A DNA stretch of 64,000 nt, from NCBI RefSeq assembly GCF_963853765.1, contig NC_088853.1, positions 21,142,001 to 21,206,000 on the forward strand, written 5' to 3'. Origin of the DNA: Magallana gigas (Eukaryota). A program made the translations under genes and the position numbers. The notes below the pieces were generated by a model. It was not told where the DNA came from. It saw only the letters and a list, made by a program, of their open reading frames with translations, and ran no database searches. Positions 49,649 to 62,698 of the stretch are shown here, piece by piece. Every line of letters begins with the position of its first letter. Positions within the stretch are counted from its first letter, which is position 1.

Positions 49649-52600
49649 CCCCTGCGAGATGAAATTCATGATTTTAAGAACTTTAATGAACCGTTCATGA
49701 AGTTTCATGATGTATTCATGACTGGTTCATAACTGGTTCATAAACGTGGTTCATGAATTTTATTCATGAATATATTCTTAAAATGTAATTCATGAACAAA
49801 TTATGAATATACAAGAATACAGGAAATACCTGGTATTCAATAGTTCTAGGTATTGAACATTCATGAATTTTCATGAAGTTCTAATTTATGAAATATATAA
49901 TTAATTTGAAATACTTTTATAAATAACATAGTTTACTCTAGTATTCAGAACACTATCTTTTTAAAAAAAAATTATACATCTTAAAATATTAATATTAAAA
50001 CACAGTCTTCATGAACATTCATGAATATTCATGCAAACACCGATATACATGTGGCATCTTTAATTTTGAAAAAGAAAGATCTGATATATTATAGTTACTT
50101 TATTTATTCAATTCTAAGAAACATGTAAATTCATTGACAACAGCGAAGATCTCAGACATCATGATCAAATGGTCATTACTAGATCCTAAATTTAACGCTT
50201 AATTTCTTCATTGTTCAATTTATGGGTTTTTTTTAAAATGACATAATTTATTAGTGAATAATCAGTCTTTGCAGATGATACATTATGGCTTTTTTATGTT
50301 GCTAAAAGTCTTGTAAACTAAACTGAAAAAGTGAAATAATTTAAAACTTTGCATATTTCTTTGGAAAAATTTTTTAGTATACGTTGAATTCCAACTTGTT
50401 TGAAGTACATTGTATATCAAGTTTATTAAAGACGTGGTAGGTTGTCAGTCTATCATAGAAGCATAAATACACACAAGACGAAGTGCGTCTGTTCCTGGGA
50501 GAATGACAGAGAAAATGTTCCGAGCACATTCGGTTGAAATTCGGACCCCGTCGAGTTTAGAACCTTTGCGGTTTCTTTGTAAAGGGTATTACTGTTGCAC
50601 ACATTTGAAAGCGATTCATTCTAAGAAGATAAATCCGGTATGTAAATATTACGTTGAGAACTTCCAACAATTCATTTATGATTAGCTGTTTAAACTCAGA
50701 CAACTACCGTTACTACACTCAGAGTTTCGAGGTGTCCACCATTGTTTATGAGGTGTCATGTCGATTCGCCTCCGTTACAAAAACACACTGAACTTCAATT
50801 TGTCAATTAACTTAATGATAAGCAATAATGAAAATATTACTTTAAAACATTAATGCAGATTATAGAAATTAAGTATGAAAGAATATTTAATTGAGTGTAA
50901 ATTATTTTTTAAGTTCCAAAACATTGAGGGTTCAAAAACGAAGGGGGTTGAAGTTTAACAGACACAACTTGTGTAAACCGAACGATATTAAATCGTACGT
51001 TTCTTCAATCTCTGAAAATATAATAATGAAAACTTAAGCATTTTATAATTAGTTTCATTTAAAGATATTTTTTGATCATTATTAACATATGTTAAAAAAA
51101 TTATTTAACTAAGTGAAAGAGTCTCAGAATACACAGTCAGCGAGTTGTTTTGATTCTATTACGTCACTTCCGCCCAGTAATTACGCGTTTTGAATGAAAG
51201 CAGACGGATCTTCAACATGAGCGATGGATTAATTAAGCATGGAACATGCAAGAAGATAATGCAGCAGATGTAGTTCAAAGTTATGGTATTAAAGGTAATA
51301 TAGTATGTATATTGAAATAACTTTTATGAGGGAGTCAAAACGTAAGATTAAGTTTTGTTCATTTTTTCAAACATTTCAAAATGGCGGTTTTTAATTTGTA
51401 GTGAAATTCTTTTTTGACTAACTTATAAGTTTTAAGATCAATTCTATGTAAGAATCAATGATTTATAAAAGGGTCTGGCCACGCATAGTCACCAATTTTC
51501 CTTATATTTCATACATGGACACACCTAGGCGTAAAACGCAAAAAACCACTAAAAGTTGGTTGCTGGGGGTAACCGTTGCCATGGTAATCGAGGCTAAAGA
51601 TGGGAAAATAGCAAAACTTACCTACTTTGAAGCCATATTAGAAGGTTTTGCCCACTAATGTAAACTATCAAAGACATAAAACAGCCTTTGTCCTATTTTC
51701 AACTATTTAAATATAACAGAAAATTGATGGAGAAACCAACACTTTTAAAATGTTACCATGGAAACCGTTACAAAATTTTGAAATCAGTTTTCTGCGGTTT
51801 TCTTATAAGCCAAAATGGGAAACTGTTAAATTTTTACATCTATATCAATGTCCATGCAATATATATTTTGTCATGAAAATTGACATCCGTTGCCATGGCA
51901 ACAAGGCCAAAAATTAAGAAAAACTGGGGAATTGAAGTTTATTTTGATATGCTTTCATTCCTGATTTTAGAATTCATTTGCAATTGTTTTAGTTGGAACT
52001 TGTAAAAATATATTTAAATTTTCATTATACACCACAAAAACCTTTGTTACGCAACAGAGAAGTGTTGTTGCTATGGAAAATTAAGTTGCGTAAAAAATCA
52101 CACAGAAATTCTTACTTTTTGAAAAGTCCATAGCAACGGCAGTTATTTTTAGAAAATTTCAGATTTTTTTCAAGTGTCATTAAAGTTTAGGACATACTTT
52201 ATTTTTTCTCACCATTTGATTTTATATATTTATTCATGATAAGTGAATAATATCCATTTAAAGATGCCTAAAAATATTATAATTTTCCTTAAGCCTAAGC
52301 TTGTTACCATAGCAACGGTTCTCAATTTTCATATTTAAATTCTTAATTGCACCATCATAATAGTGTTTTCCAAAAAATCCAAGATTTGCACTTTTTATTC
52401 AAATTAGATGAAGAAAACAGATTTTAGAGTTTCTGTTTAGTAACCATGGAAACGCTCTAAAAATATGCGTCTCTCCATGAATTTTTTTTCTTTCTTTTGA
52501 AAAATGACAACCATTTTTAATAATATATTCTACCCTGGAAACCCCAAGTTCTGCACATTACTCACAATATGTTCTCAAATAAGCATTAAAATGCCATTTT

Positions 52601-54260
52601 TACATCTTTACCATCGGTTACCATGACAACGGGACCACATAGCAACAAACAAATGGTGTTAGGCTTTATAACTCACCAAAGTCTATCAAATTGTCAGTTA
52701 TGAAGAAAATCCGTGACTATCCGTGGCCACCGAATTTTGATTCTTACATAGAATTGATCTTAACTACATAATTGATAATAAATTACACATTTGGTATACC
52801 TAAATCGGTTAAATTACAAGGTAAAGGTATATGCTGATGTCATTTGAGTTAATACAATTTTTTTTAACTCTAGAATTAAGCAGTGAAACCAGAATATTGG
52901 ACAGCCCTAAAGATAGTGATCATTGAACATAAATTTCAGTAAGTAATAAATAAATGCTATTGCAAGTAATTGAAAATTTATAATAGAATGGCCAGTATCA
53001 TTTACAAATTTGAAAACAGTTATAGTTTCATCGTAATAAATTAAAGAAGTATTTTATTCGAGTATATAGATACATTGAAATGGATTGAACAGCAGGCATA
53101 ATGTCTATTTATGTTTTCTCCTGAATTTTTCATCTTGTTTCATCTTGAGTTGTTTTATTTTTCTGCGATATCACTTTTTCTAGGGTAGGCACTCTCATTC
53201 TTAAGCTCTAGTGCAATTTCAGCATTATCATTTGATAAAAATATTTGAAATAAGAAATAAATGAGATGATTGAATGATTAGTTGATGTTCCAAATGTTTT
53301 AAACGACATGTCATAATTATACTGCTATTTGTCATATTATATTTGTACAGTACAGAGGTACGACTCTTCTGCCACCGAAGGGGCTATATGTGAAGCCTGA
53401 AGAATTGCCACCAAGAAGTATTGTCATCAAGACACTCTGGGTTTGTAGAAAATAATCATTTAAAGGATGGAGCATTTTACCTACCATGCAGTAAATGCAC
53501 TTTGCAATATATGGAATACAAGTGAAATCAACATGAGCAGAGGCAAGGAAGATGCAACAAAGGAAGATTTCATAAAGAACATATTGATAGTTATCATCTA
53601 GTAATCATATTCTAATGTCGCTTATATTTCAAATCATGGCATATTGGTATGTCAATTCTAATATTGTAACATTCCTTTAAAGCTAATGAGTTAGTATTGA
53701 TATCATTACCTGTTGTTTTTTAAAACAACTTTATTAAACTTGCTGATTATTTAAAATGATAGTCAGTACATAAGAATTATGTGATACTTAAGATATTGTC
53801 TCATTCTTCTTCAATTTATCATAATAAAGTATTTTATATTTGATTATTTAGGAGATTTTACCTTTTTATATACAAAATGTAAAAGGTAAGAATTTTCATG
53901 AATAGTTCATGAATTTTATTTATGAATTATTCATGAATAAAATTCATAATGATATTCATGAACAGTTCATGAAGATTCATTAAACTTATTCATGAACAGT
54001 TCATGAAGATCCGATGAACTTATTATTGGACATTCATCAAATGATGAAGCTTCATTAATATAACTGTTCATGAATTATTCATGAAAAATTATATTCAGGA
54101 ATATTCATCAACATTTTTTCATGAACAAAAATTCATGACTTTAAAATGTCCAATAATAAGTTCATTGGATCCTCATGAACTGTTCATGAACATTTCATGA
54201 ATATAATTCATGAATCATTCAAGGGAAAATCATGAATTGTTCATGATCATCTCGCAGGGG
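49649..54260. mobile_element. Non-autonomous EnSpm/CMC-like DNA transposon
   Basis: 14-bp TIR CCCCTGCGAGATGA / TCATCTCGCAGGGG, 2-bp TSD CT (49647-49648 / 54261-54262), dense subterminal TTCATGAA arrays at ~49660-50040 and ~53890-54250. Confidence 0.8.
51471..52733. mobile_element. Non-autonomous TIR element rich in GTTRCCATRGHAAC motifs (Kolobok-like)
   Basis: Imperfect TIRs GGGTCTGGCCACGCATAGTCAC / GTGACTATCCGTGGCCACCGA; target site not clearly preserved. Confidence 0.55.
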
Positions 54261-54959
54261 CTAGACACATTTTGGAATTAAGTCCCCGTCTTTTGAGGAA
54301 AATGTATTTGTTAACAGGAAAAACTATCAATCAATTAACACTATGGCTGTCTGTGATGCCAAATTAAAGTTTATTAATTTGGTAGCTAAATGGCCGGGAT
54401 CATCCAATGATTCATTTGTATGGAAAAATTCTACACCTTGCTAACTTTTTGAATACAAGAAAATACCAAGAGGATGGCTTTTAGGTGATAGTGGATATCC
54501 CCTTAGGCCATATTTGCTTACATCTGTCTTAAACCCCCAAAAACCCCAAAAGAACATTCCTATACTATGGCACATGCGAAAACAAGGTGCGTCATTGAAG
54601 GGTGGCTTTTAGGTGATAGTGGATATCCCCTAAGGCCATATTTGCTTACATCTGTCTTAAACCCAACAAGAATATTCCTATACTATGGCACATGAGAAAA
54701 CAATGTGCGTCATTGAAAGATGCTTTGGAGTGTGGAAAATGCGGTTTCTTTGTGTGGACACATCAGGCGGTGCACTACAGTTCTCGCCGAAAAAAGCCTG
54801 CGATATCATAGTGGCAACTGCAGTTTTGCACAATATCTGCATTGATAATAAAGTTCGAGATCCAGAAGTAAGAATTGTTATTAATGACTTTGGGCATCGT
54901 GGGACACTGAGTGATGGATCAGAAAACAAAAGACATTTAATTGAAGCTAGATTTTAAGT

Positions 54960-55748
54960 AGCATGTTTGTATTATTTCATGCGGTGGGAAATATTTGGCA
55001 TACAGAAAGTCGTATATAGACATGTACATAATTCGTTCTTGAACTGTAAGAAATAAAGCATTCATAGTTGAGTTATACATTAATTGCTGTAAAGTGATTG
55101 TGGCATTGGAAATAATTCCAAGCTGACAAAGTGTTATGCTGTGTTTCTCTTGCTCCAACTGCAGCAACTGTGCAACTGTTTGTTCGATAACGAGCCTTTG
55201 TTCTTCAATATTTAGCCTTCTCTGTTCAACTTCCAGTCTATTTTTCTCTATTTCTAATCTTTCTTGTTCATCTTCAATCAGTTCTAGTGATGGCGTTTTG
55301 TAAATCTTACGTTTCTTTGCTGATAAATAAGGAATCATGAATATATTATATGCAAACAATTTGAAAATTGCTATTGATCGTATGTGATTGATAATTTTAT
55401 TGCACAAAACTTTGAACTTGCGTTATAAAGATAAAAGCAACAAAACGTTGATAAATATGCTTGCAGGTATCAATTATATACAACCATCCTTTTAAAAATT
55501 AAATTTAAAGCTTTAATATCAAAAAACAATTTTACCGCTTATGAAGGTTGATGTAGATTAGATTGAACTTGATGTTGGTGTATCATTCAGAGAAGGGTGT
55601 GCTGGTGATTCCGGTAACTCCTCGGCTGCTGGAGCTTCTGTTATGATGAGCCGACCTCTTCTTTGCATATCATCGGATTCATCTTGAAATAAAGCGCATA
55701 GGGATATAGATTCAGAAACGTACATTTATATAATTTCATAATAACCTT

Positions 55749-55819
<71 letters not shown>

Positions 55820-56451
55820 GAAGATGATGTGGAGATCACATATGATTTGCATTTGGTTTAATCATTTTGTTTATTTAGTAAAATACACATTTGTTACAAT
55901 AAAATCAAATTAACTTTATTACAGTCTGCATGAAAATTTGTCTTCCTAAACCAAATGCACTTTTAAATATGTAGCATTATGTTCTAAATTTATCGTATTT
56001 GTTTTGTATGATTCATTGGATGATCAATTATTTTAAACTTTAAATAATGTTTATGTAAATTATATGAACCAACTTTGCTCCTTGTCTACAACAAGAGAGT
56101 CTATCCCTGATATCGCAGGTTATCCAATGATTGGCAGGATTTTGTCCTCTACAGGGGTAACAAAATAATCCGCCGGCAATTAACCACCACCAGTTTTTCT
56201 TTCTTCTCGTTTAATTTTTGAAAATTTGTTCTGTGTGTCACTGCAGAGGACACTCCATTTCTCTTTAAGGTCGTCTGCTGTACGTGAAAACGAGCTGTTT
56301 TGTACAAATTAAGTCCCATTCCTGTTTTTTTCGCCTGATTTGTCACAGTTAAGTTGTGTTTTGAGAATATAATTTCTTTTCTCCACTTCTTCTGTTAAGA
56401 TGATAATATTTGCGCGTTTGTAAAATTCGGACTTCTCTTTGGTCCAGACAT
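54960..56451 (-). pseudogene. Harbinger Myb/SANT-like DNA-binding gene (spliced, frameshifted)
   Basis: ATG at 56451 gives MSGPKRSPNFTNAQI, then IILTEEVEKRNYIL...TNQAKKQEWDLIC across frameshifts; Pro/Ser-rich exon at ~55540-55690; coiled-coil exon KKRKIYK...EQERLEIEKNRLEVEQRRL at ~55130-55325. Confidence 0.75.
55753..55815. repeat. Compound (TA)n(GA)n microsatellite
   Basis: Read directly from the sequence. Confidence 0.95.
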
Positions 56452-56797
56452 TGTGGTGTGATTTTGTAAATAGGAAAGCATGTATACGTGTAAGCACGGA
56501 CTTTTTACAAGGACTAGACAAAGAAGTGCATCCATTCATGACGAAGTCACTGCTGACTGTCCAGAGTGTTCGATTGAGGTTGACCGAAAACAACGACCGA
56601 AATGTTCATATAATAGCAATTAAAAGCTGCTTGATTAGTTTTATGAAATGAAAAAGCAAAAATCAATAACTCAAAGCTACTCTTATTTAAAACTTAGCCC
56701 CTCCCTTCTGACCACATAATCACTGAGTAAATGATTGTAATTACTCACTATAATGCTCATAATACAATTTACGTATCATAACGAAGTATTTGGGTTT

Positions 56798-56802
<5 letters not shown>

Positions 56803-56868
<66 letters not shown>
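56803..56868. repeat. (TA)n microsatellite
   Basis: Read directly from the sequence. Confidence 0.95.
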
Positions 56869-56870
<2 letters not shown>

Positions 56871-57261
56871 AGATTTAGCATCAGTTTTTTTTATACTAAG
56901 AAATCAACCTCCAATAAAAAAAAAATGACGTATTAACTCTATATCTATAAAAGATAAGTGGATGTTGGAAACCGTTAACTTATAATGATTGCAATAACAT
57001 GGCTCTTTAGATATGTCCTAAGATAGATTTACAATAAGAACGTTTTGTGAAACAGCTATGACAAATCTTAGGAACTTCCTAAGTTATAACTTAGGCATAT
57101 CTTAAGTTTATCTTAGGAAATCTTTGTGAAACGGGCCCCTGGTCTCTAAAAAAATATATTAATCTAGAATGAAAATTATTCCTTATAACCAATTAATAAA
57201 TTGATCGCTAAAAGTATGTAAAATTAACAAAATTACTGTTAAATTAATTTACATCAGTACT

Positions 57262-57835
57262 TTAAAAGAAACAGCCAAATCGTCTCCTATAGGAATTTGA
57301 GAACGTCGTCATCATGATTATCTCAAGCACTCCATAATTTGTGTTAGGTCGCTGTAGGTAACGAAGAATCAATAAGCGGGCTGTGTACATTTCAGTCCTA
57401 TATGTATCCATTTCTACAGAACTATGAACTACAATAAGTAAGAATTGCAAGGAATCATATTGGGTAAATGTAAATATTTCACATTTTACCTTTCCATTTC
57501 AGTCGCAGACATGACATCATGCTTTTTTTGTTGCTTTTTAAGTATCCGAAAAACTCTCTTTATATCTTCATACGCTCTGTCAATGTTTTCTTGTTTATCG
57601 CTCGCATTATCAAGTTTCCTTAAATCGAAATCAAATGAAAATGTCCAAAGTTTTGTAATACCATCTACAATAAGATTGTGTTCCGGAGGATACGCTGTGT
57701 CTGACAGCCCCAACATCAACATAAACTCCGGAAGGCCCGTTTCATCGCTGTTATAAGATATGCCAATTTTATAAAGATCGCTATATGTCCAGTATGATGC
57801 ATTAGATTTAAAGGTGTCATCTGTCATATCTTCTG
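57262..57835 (-). CDS. Putative last two exons of a host gene, possibly death-domain-like
   Basis: Acceptor TTCTTTTGCAG before 57835; open frame to donor AG|GTAAAA at 57489; a 68-bp intron to TTCATAG (57422) restores frame into SSVEMDTY...FGCFF*. No transposon motif recognised. Confidence 0.4.
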
Positions 57836-58179
57836 CAAAAGAATGATAAGTTTATTTTTAGTATTTTTCTTGATTTATAAACAAACTAAAATAGGCTTTG
57901 GTAGTCCTTTATTCGACTCTAAATAATGGAAACGTTTTTAGCTTTAAACGATAGGTTTTCTATTCTAACAAAGTATATAAAATTGTTCCCATGTTCAAAT
58001 GCTAGTTTTTTCCACTACCTCACTAGCCAAAAATGTGTAAACCTTATGTAAAGTATTGACAAAAAATATAATATGATACAGTCTTCTGCTCTGTTAATTT
58101 AATACATTTTTTCTTATATTCAACTGGTTTGCAGACAAGAGAAAAATCTTATTTCAAAGAGGCACTTATCATTCAAAAT

Positions 58180-59260
58180 AAGAATCACATGTGCCACATC
58201 GCTCATCGGAACATTATTCCTTTAACGATTCTGATTGAAAATGTTTAAAAATGAAACTTTAAAAAAAGATATTGGAAAATTATTATACATAACATGAGTT
58301 GACAATCCATTAAACAGTTAATAAAATTAAAGCCTACTTTTTTAAACATTATATTCTAAGATCTTAAAATACGAGGATGCTAATATAGTTAAACTAATAC
58401 ATGCATGTTATCGTAGCATTGGTTTTCCTGAACAGAACAATTTCTTTGTATCATAGCCAACTAAACTTTATCTTTTAAATTTGAATTAGGAAAATAAAAG
58501 AAAGTAATTGTGGTAGGGTTTTAGACCTATTAACCAACAGTTAATCACATTAAACATTTGTTATACAATAATATTTCAACAGGAAATTAAAAGGAAGTAT
58601 TGAATATCAATAGCAACTGAAAAATGTTAAATTCGAAACATTTCCAGTAATGTTTAGACTGATTCCGAACAAAATCATGTAAAGTTGGAATTTATGCTAT
58701 CTGTAAAATAGGTTTAAAATTGTTATTTTAAGGATCCTTCATCTTTGTATGCGTATGCATTGCAATTGCTCAGAATAATTTAAATACCTAAACGGGTTGA
58801 AGAGAAGTTGCACTTAAAAGCTCTCATAACAATTTTTTTTAAAAGGGTAACAATTATAAGTTCAAAAGGTTCGAATCGAAATTCACAGAAAAGGAGTGAA
58901 TCTAATTGTGTTTTTATCATGCACGTCTGTACATCTTGTCCTAATTTCCTACAACTTTTCACTAAATTCCGTGCAGCGGTTGAAGAGGAGTTATGCTTAC
59001 AAACTAATCTTGATTATGGTTAACATAGTGCCAAATGTATATGTTCAAAAGGGCCGAAACTCCCCAGAATATGACGTAATCGAAACATCTTGGTAATTTC
59101 AACATCTACTTATTGTTTCCTAATTATTTTCAAAGTTTCATTAGAAGCAATGGTTTAAGAAGAGTTGCTCGTACAAAAAATATACAGATAAGATGGACTG
59201 CTGAATTACTGACGGACGGATAATCAAAAATATTACGCCCCTCACAACTTTATTGCTTTT
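58180..59260 (-). mobile_element. Old Helentron-associated element
   Basis: GCCACATCGCTCA-like end at ~58190, two diverged ~160-bp units at ~58860-59180, GACGGACGGA microsatellite and terminal TATTACGCCCCTCACAAC. Confidence 0.45.
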
Positions 59261-59749
59261 TGTATTGTAGTTTCAATTAATTTATTTACAATCAAATCAC
59301 CCGCATTAAAATCGAGCAGATACTAGTTGACGATCGACAGAGATGACAGATCAGCACATAAAGATACAGGCCACACCTCTAATCTGAAAGCACTGCCCAC
59401 TGAATCTATTCATAGATAAACGAATACAAGAAACACTTCTTAATCAACAAACTGTCAAATCATCAGGGTCATTCAATAGCTAGAGCTAATAAGCACAGCG
59501 AGATCTAGAATGTCTCGACGTCATTAGATGAATTTTGTCCCGTGATTGCTTTATAAATGTCTTACAAAATTTATACGGCAACATGGCGGACGTAACGTTA
59601 TTTAAGCTGATTTTTTACACAAACGTTCAACCATACCTTTATTTCTTTTTTAAACCCAAAATATTTAGAGTGACCCACCTCCCTCCTTATTTTGCACGTC
59701 ATGTAATATCACGATCCTACAATAGCATCCAGGTTTGCACAGACGACTG

Positions 59750-60480
59750 ACGAGGAAGGTGAAGAATTAAGCGATGAATTTATTTGTTATATATTATCTT
59801 TTGTTTCTTAACATATCAGTCTTTAGGTCCTCGACAAAACAAAACACTTATCAGGTTTGTTACTGACTGTTAACGGTGAGTCTCGCCTTCTTGGCCAAGG
59901 TCGACACCATTATGGTGACTAAAATCGGAGCTCTCTACTTTTTGCGTGTAGTGCATCAAATATCATGAATTGAGTGTTTCTAATTGTTCCATGGACTTTT
60001 AAGTGTTTTTGGAGTGTCCTTTTGAAACGTGAGTCAATATTAGTTAGCCTTTCTTGACTATTTTTTTCTGTGAACATTGTATAAAACACAGACCAATTAA
60101 TCCTCAACCTATGTAACAAAGTAATCCTGAAGTCCACTGGCACCACCTTCAACCCATGGACCATCAGTAACTCACACCGCCTTGGGCCAAAGCCACGCTC
60201 CAGCAACGACCCACCGAGGGAAATCATCGTAAAGTTCGTGCGGTACCGTGACCGTGTCCTCGTGTTTGGTAATAAGAAAAATCTCAAAAACTACAACAAC
60301 AACCCCTCGAGTGGATATAAGGTTTTCGTCAATGAGGCACTGATCAAGACTCGCGCCAAGATGTTTTCGCGTCTGCGTAGGTGTAAAAGAGATGGCCTAA
60401 TTGAGTCGTGTTGGACATATGAGGGAAATATCTTCGTCAAAAAAAACGCGAGGTGGTCCCAAATCAATGATCCGAAGTGA
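59750..60480 (+). mobile_element. LINE ORF1 (L1 transposase_22-like RNA-binding region, CR1/L2 type) fragment
   Basis: NSHRLGPKP...PPREIIVKFVRYRDR...KVFVNEALIKTRAKMFSRLR...GLIESCWTYEGNIFVK (~60125-60450); no RT follows. Confidence 0.7.
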
Positions 60481-60913
60481 TGATGACGTGCTGTCCATTG
60501 AATTTCTTGGTGAACAGCGTACAGATCCTGGAAACTTCGGAAGTGTAATCGCCATTCCTTGTCAGCTGATTATCAGCTGTTTAAATCATAATGTCAAGGA
60601 CATTCTCAAAACTCTTTCATTTCTCATTGTATAGGTAAACGATATGTCATTTTCATTACACGTAAACATTTCTTCATGCTTCTATCATTGCTATTTTGTC
60701 ATGTATATATGTTCATTTTTTCTTTGTTTAATATTTCCTCCCAAATTTTCCATTCCGGAATTTGTTGCTCTGTGTTGGTACCGGTTCCTATATTTTCTGT
60801 CTTATGTATACATCCGACTAATACTTGTGTACATAGCCATACTGACTAACATGTTCATCATTGTTTTTGATACTTTTGTTATGATAATCAGCTGTTTTGT
60901 GTTTATGTTTATG

Positions 60914-61355
60914 TGTGACGTCATAGCGCGCGACAGGATATGAAGTGTCGTCTGCGAAGTTAGAGAGACGCCAGAGATCGGTGAGGAAAGACACCGAGGA
61001 ATCCTCGGTAATTCGGCCGTGCCGTGCGGGATATAGATATAACTGTGACTGTTGGACCGTCATTTACTTTCGGTGAACTGTGATCCGCCTGTTAACTGTG
61101 ATTCGTCCGTGTGCGCGTACCGACCTGTAAAACTGCACCGTCCTGTCGCCATTCAATCACCTGAGTATCTGTGAAACTTTGTTAAGATTATTTGATTCTG
61201 TATTTGTTTATCGTTTGTGTGTTTTTATATATGTGTTATCTATTAAATGTGTAAACGTTAATTGTTTTGACTGGTGTCTTTTGTAAGTGTCGCTATATTT
61301 AGAATTGGGGAAAGTTTTGGGCTAATTTTAGATTTCTAGTTCGGCGCACGTTACA
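60914..61355 (+). repeat. 5' LTR
   Basis: TGTGACG...CGTTACA followed by the PBS; left boundary unconfirmed because the second LTR is outside the window. Confidence 0.75.
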
Positions 61356-61358
61356 AAT

Positions 61359-61376
61359 TGGGGGCTCGTCCGGGAT
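61359..61376 (+). promoter_or_regulatory. Primer binding site, tRNA-Pro
   Basis: TGGGGGCTCGTCCGGGAT, the 18-nt complement of the tRNA-Pro 3' end. Confidence 0.9.
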
Positions 61377-61470
61377 ATCGAACGTTCGGCATTTTATTTG
61401 GTAATTACTATTTTTGATTAACTTTGTATAATTTGTTGAAATTTTTTTTTGTTTGTAAACGCCAGTCAAA

Positions 61471-62698
61471 ATGGTTTTTAGCTTAGAGGATTTTTTGAAA
61501 TCTCCTGACGCAAGCAGGCTTCAATATCTGACAAAAGATGAACTGTTTTTGTTTGTAACAAAGTTTGGCTTGAATGTGAAACGTAGTTCTAGGAAAGCAG
61601 AAATAAGAAATGTTGTTGTGCAGTATCTGGTAGAAGAAGAGATTTTAGAGTCAAGTGCTATGTCATTAGTTGTTGTCGTAGAAAAGCCTGTGAAAAAAGA
61701 TTATGAATTTGAGTTGCAATTTAAACAATTAGAGATACAGCAAGAAAGAGAAAGACATGCATGTGAAAGGGAAAGATTTGAACGTGAGAGAGTATGAACA
61801 AGAGAAAAGCGAGAGAGAACATGAGTATGCATTAACAATGAAGCAATTAGAATTTGACACTCAAAAATTGAAACGAGAAGAAGCTGAGGCAAATGCTAGA
61901 TCTAAACCTGACTTTGATGTTGCAAAAAATATAACACTTGTTCCTAGATTTCAAGAGAAAGACGTTGACAAGTATTTTATTCATTTTGAGAAAGTGGCAC
62001 AAAATCTAAATTGGCCTAAAGAAATATGGCCACTTCTGCTTCAAAGTACATTTATCGGAAAAGCTCGTGAAGTTTATGGTGCATTGTCACTGCACCAAAG
62101 TTCAGATTATGATATTATCAAAGAGAATGTCTTAAAAGCATATGAACTTGTGCCAGAAGCTTAAAGACAAAAGTTTCGCAACTATAAGAAATTCAATGAA
62201 CAGACTCGTGTCGAATTTTCTTGAGAAAAACAGAATTTGTTTGAAAGATGGTGCTCATCTAAGCATGTGGGTTCAAATTTTGAAAAGTTAAAGCAAATTA
62301 TTTTGATTGAAGAATTAAAAAATTGCATTCATCCAGAAATTAGAACATATTTAGATGAACAGAAAGTTGAAAACTTGGAGCAGGCTGCTACTGCAGCTGA
62401 TGATTATGCACTAACTCATAAAGGGTCATTTACAAAACAGAGAAATTCAAATAATGACTATTCTCGTGGGCGACCAGACAATTCGCAGGTAACACTTGGT
62501 TCGAAATCAACTTCATCCGAGCAAGTGAAAGTCACTGACAAGAATGACATGACTACCAAGTCAAGTCTTATATGTAATTATTGTAAGAGAAAAGGCCATA
62601 TTAAATCAGAATGTTGGGCATTACAGGGAAAGGAGTTAAATTCTGATAAGTTTGTCTGTAGCAAGTTTGAGGGAGGAATTTATACCATTTGTGTTTGA
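61471..62698 (+). pseudogene. gag with SCAN-like capsid region and CCHC knuckle, frameshifted
   Basis: MVFSLEDFL..., coiled coil, VPRFQEKDVDKYFIHFEKVA, GKAREVY, AYELVPEA, CNYCKRKGHIKSEC; broken into three ORFs. Confidence 0.85.

Larger units (their letters stand above)
49312..54957 (+). pseudogene. Harbinger (HARBI1-like) transposase, split at 49648/54263
   Basis: FRLPR...ALRFFATG...GFPNVRGAID | THFGIKSP...NRK...KWPGSSND...LLGDSGY...RCVIERCFGVWKMRF...VLHNIC; internal ~127-bp tandem duplication at 54474-54719. Confidence 0.88.
49062..57141 (+). mobile_element. PIF/Harbinger DNA transposon, interrupted by nested insertions
   Basis: Perfect 19-bp inverted repeat CAGGGGCCCGTTTCACAAA (49062-49080) / TTTGTGAAACGGGCCCCTG (57123-57141); encloses convergent transposase and Myb/SANT genes. 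Confidence 0.9.

Noticed and set aside
31116-61059. Exact 16-mer TGTGACTGTTGGACCG shared by 31116-31131 and the Gmr1 LTR (61044-61059)
   Set aside because: No homology extends beyond it, and roughly one chance 16-mer repeat is expected in 64 kb.
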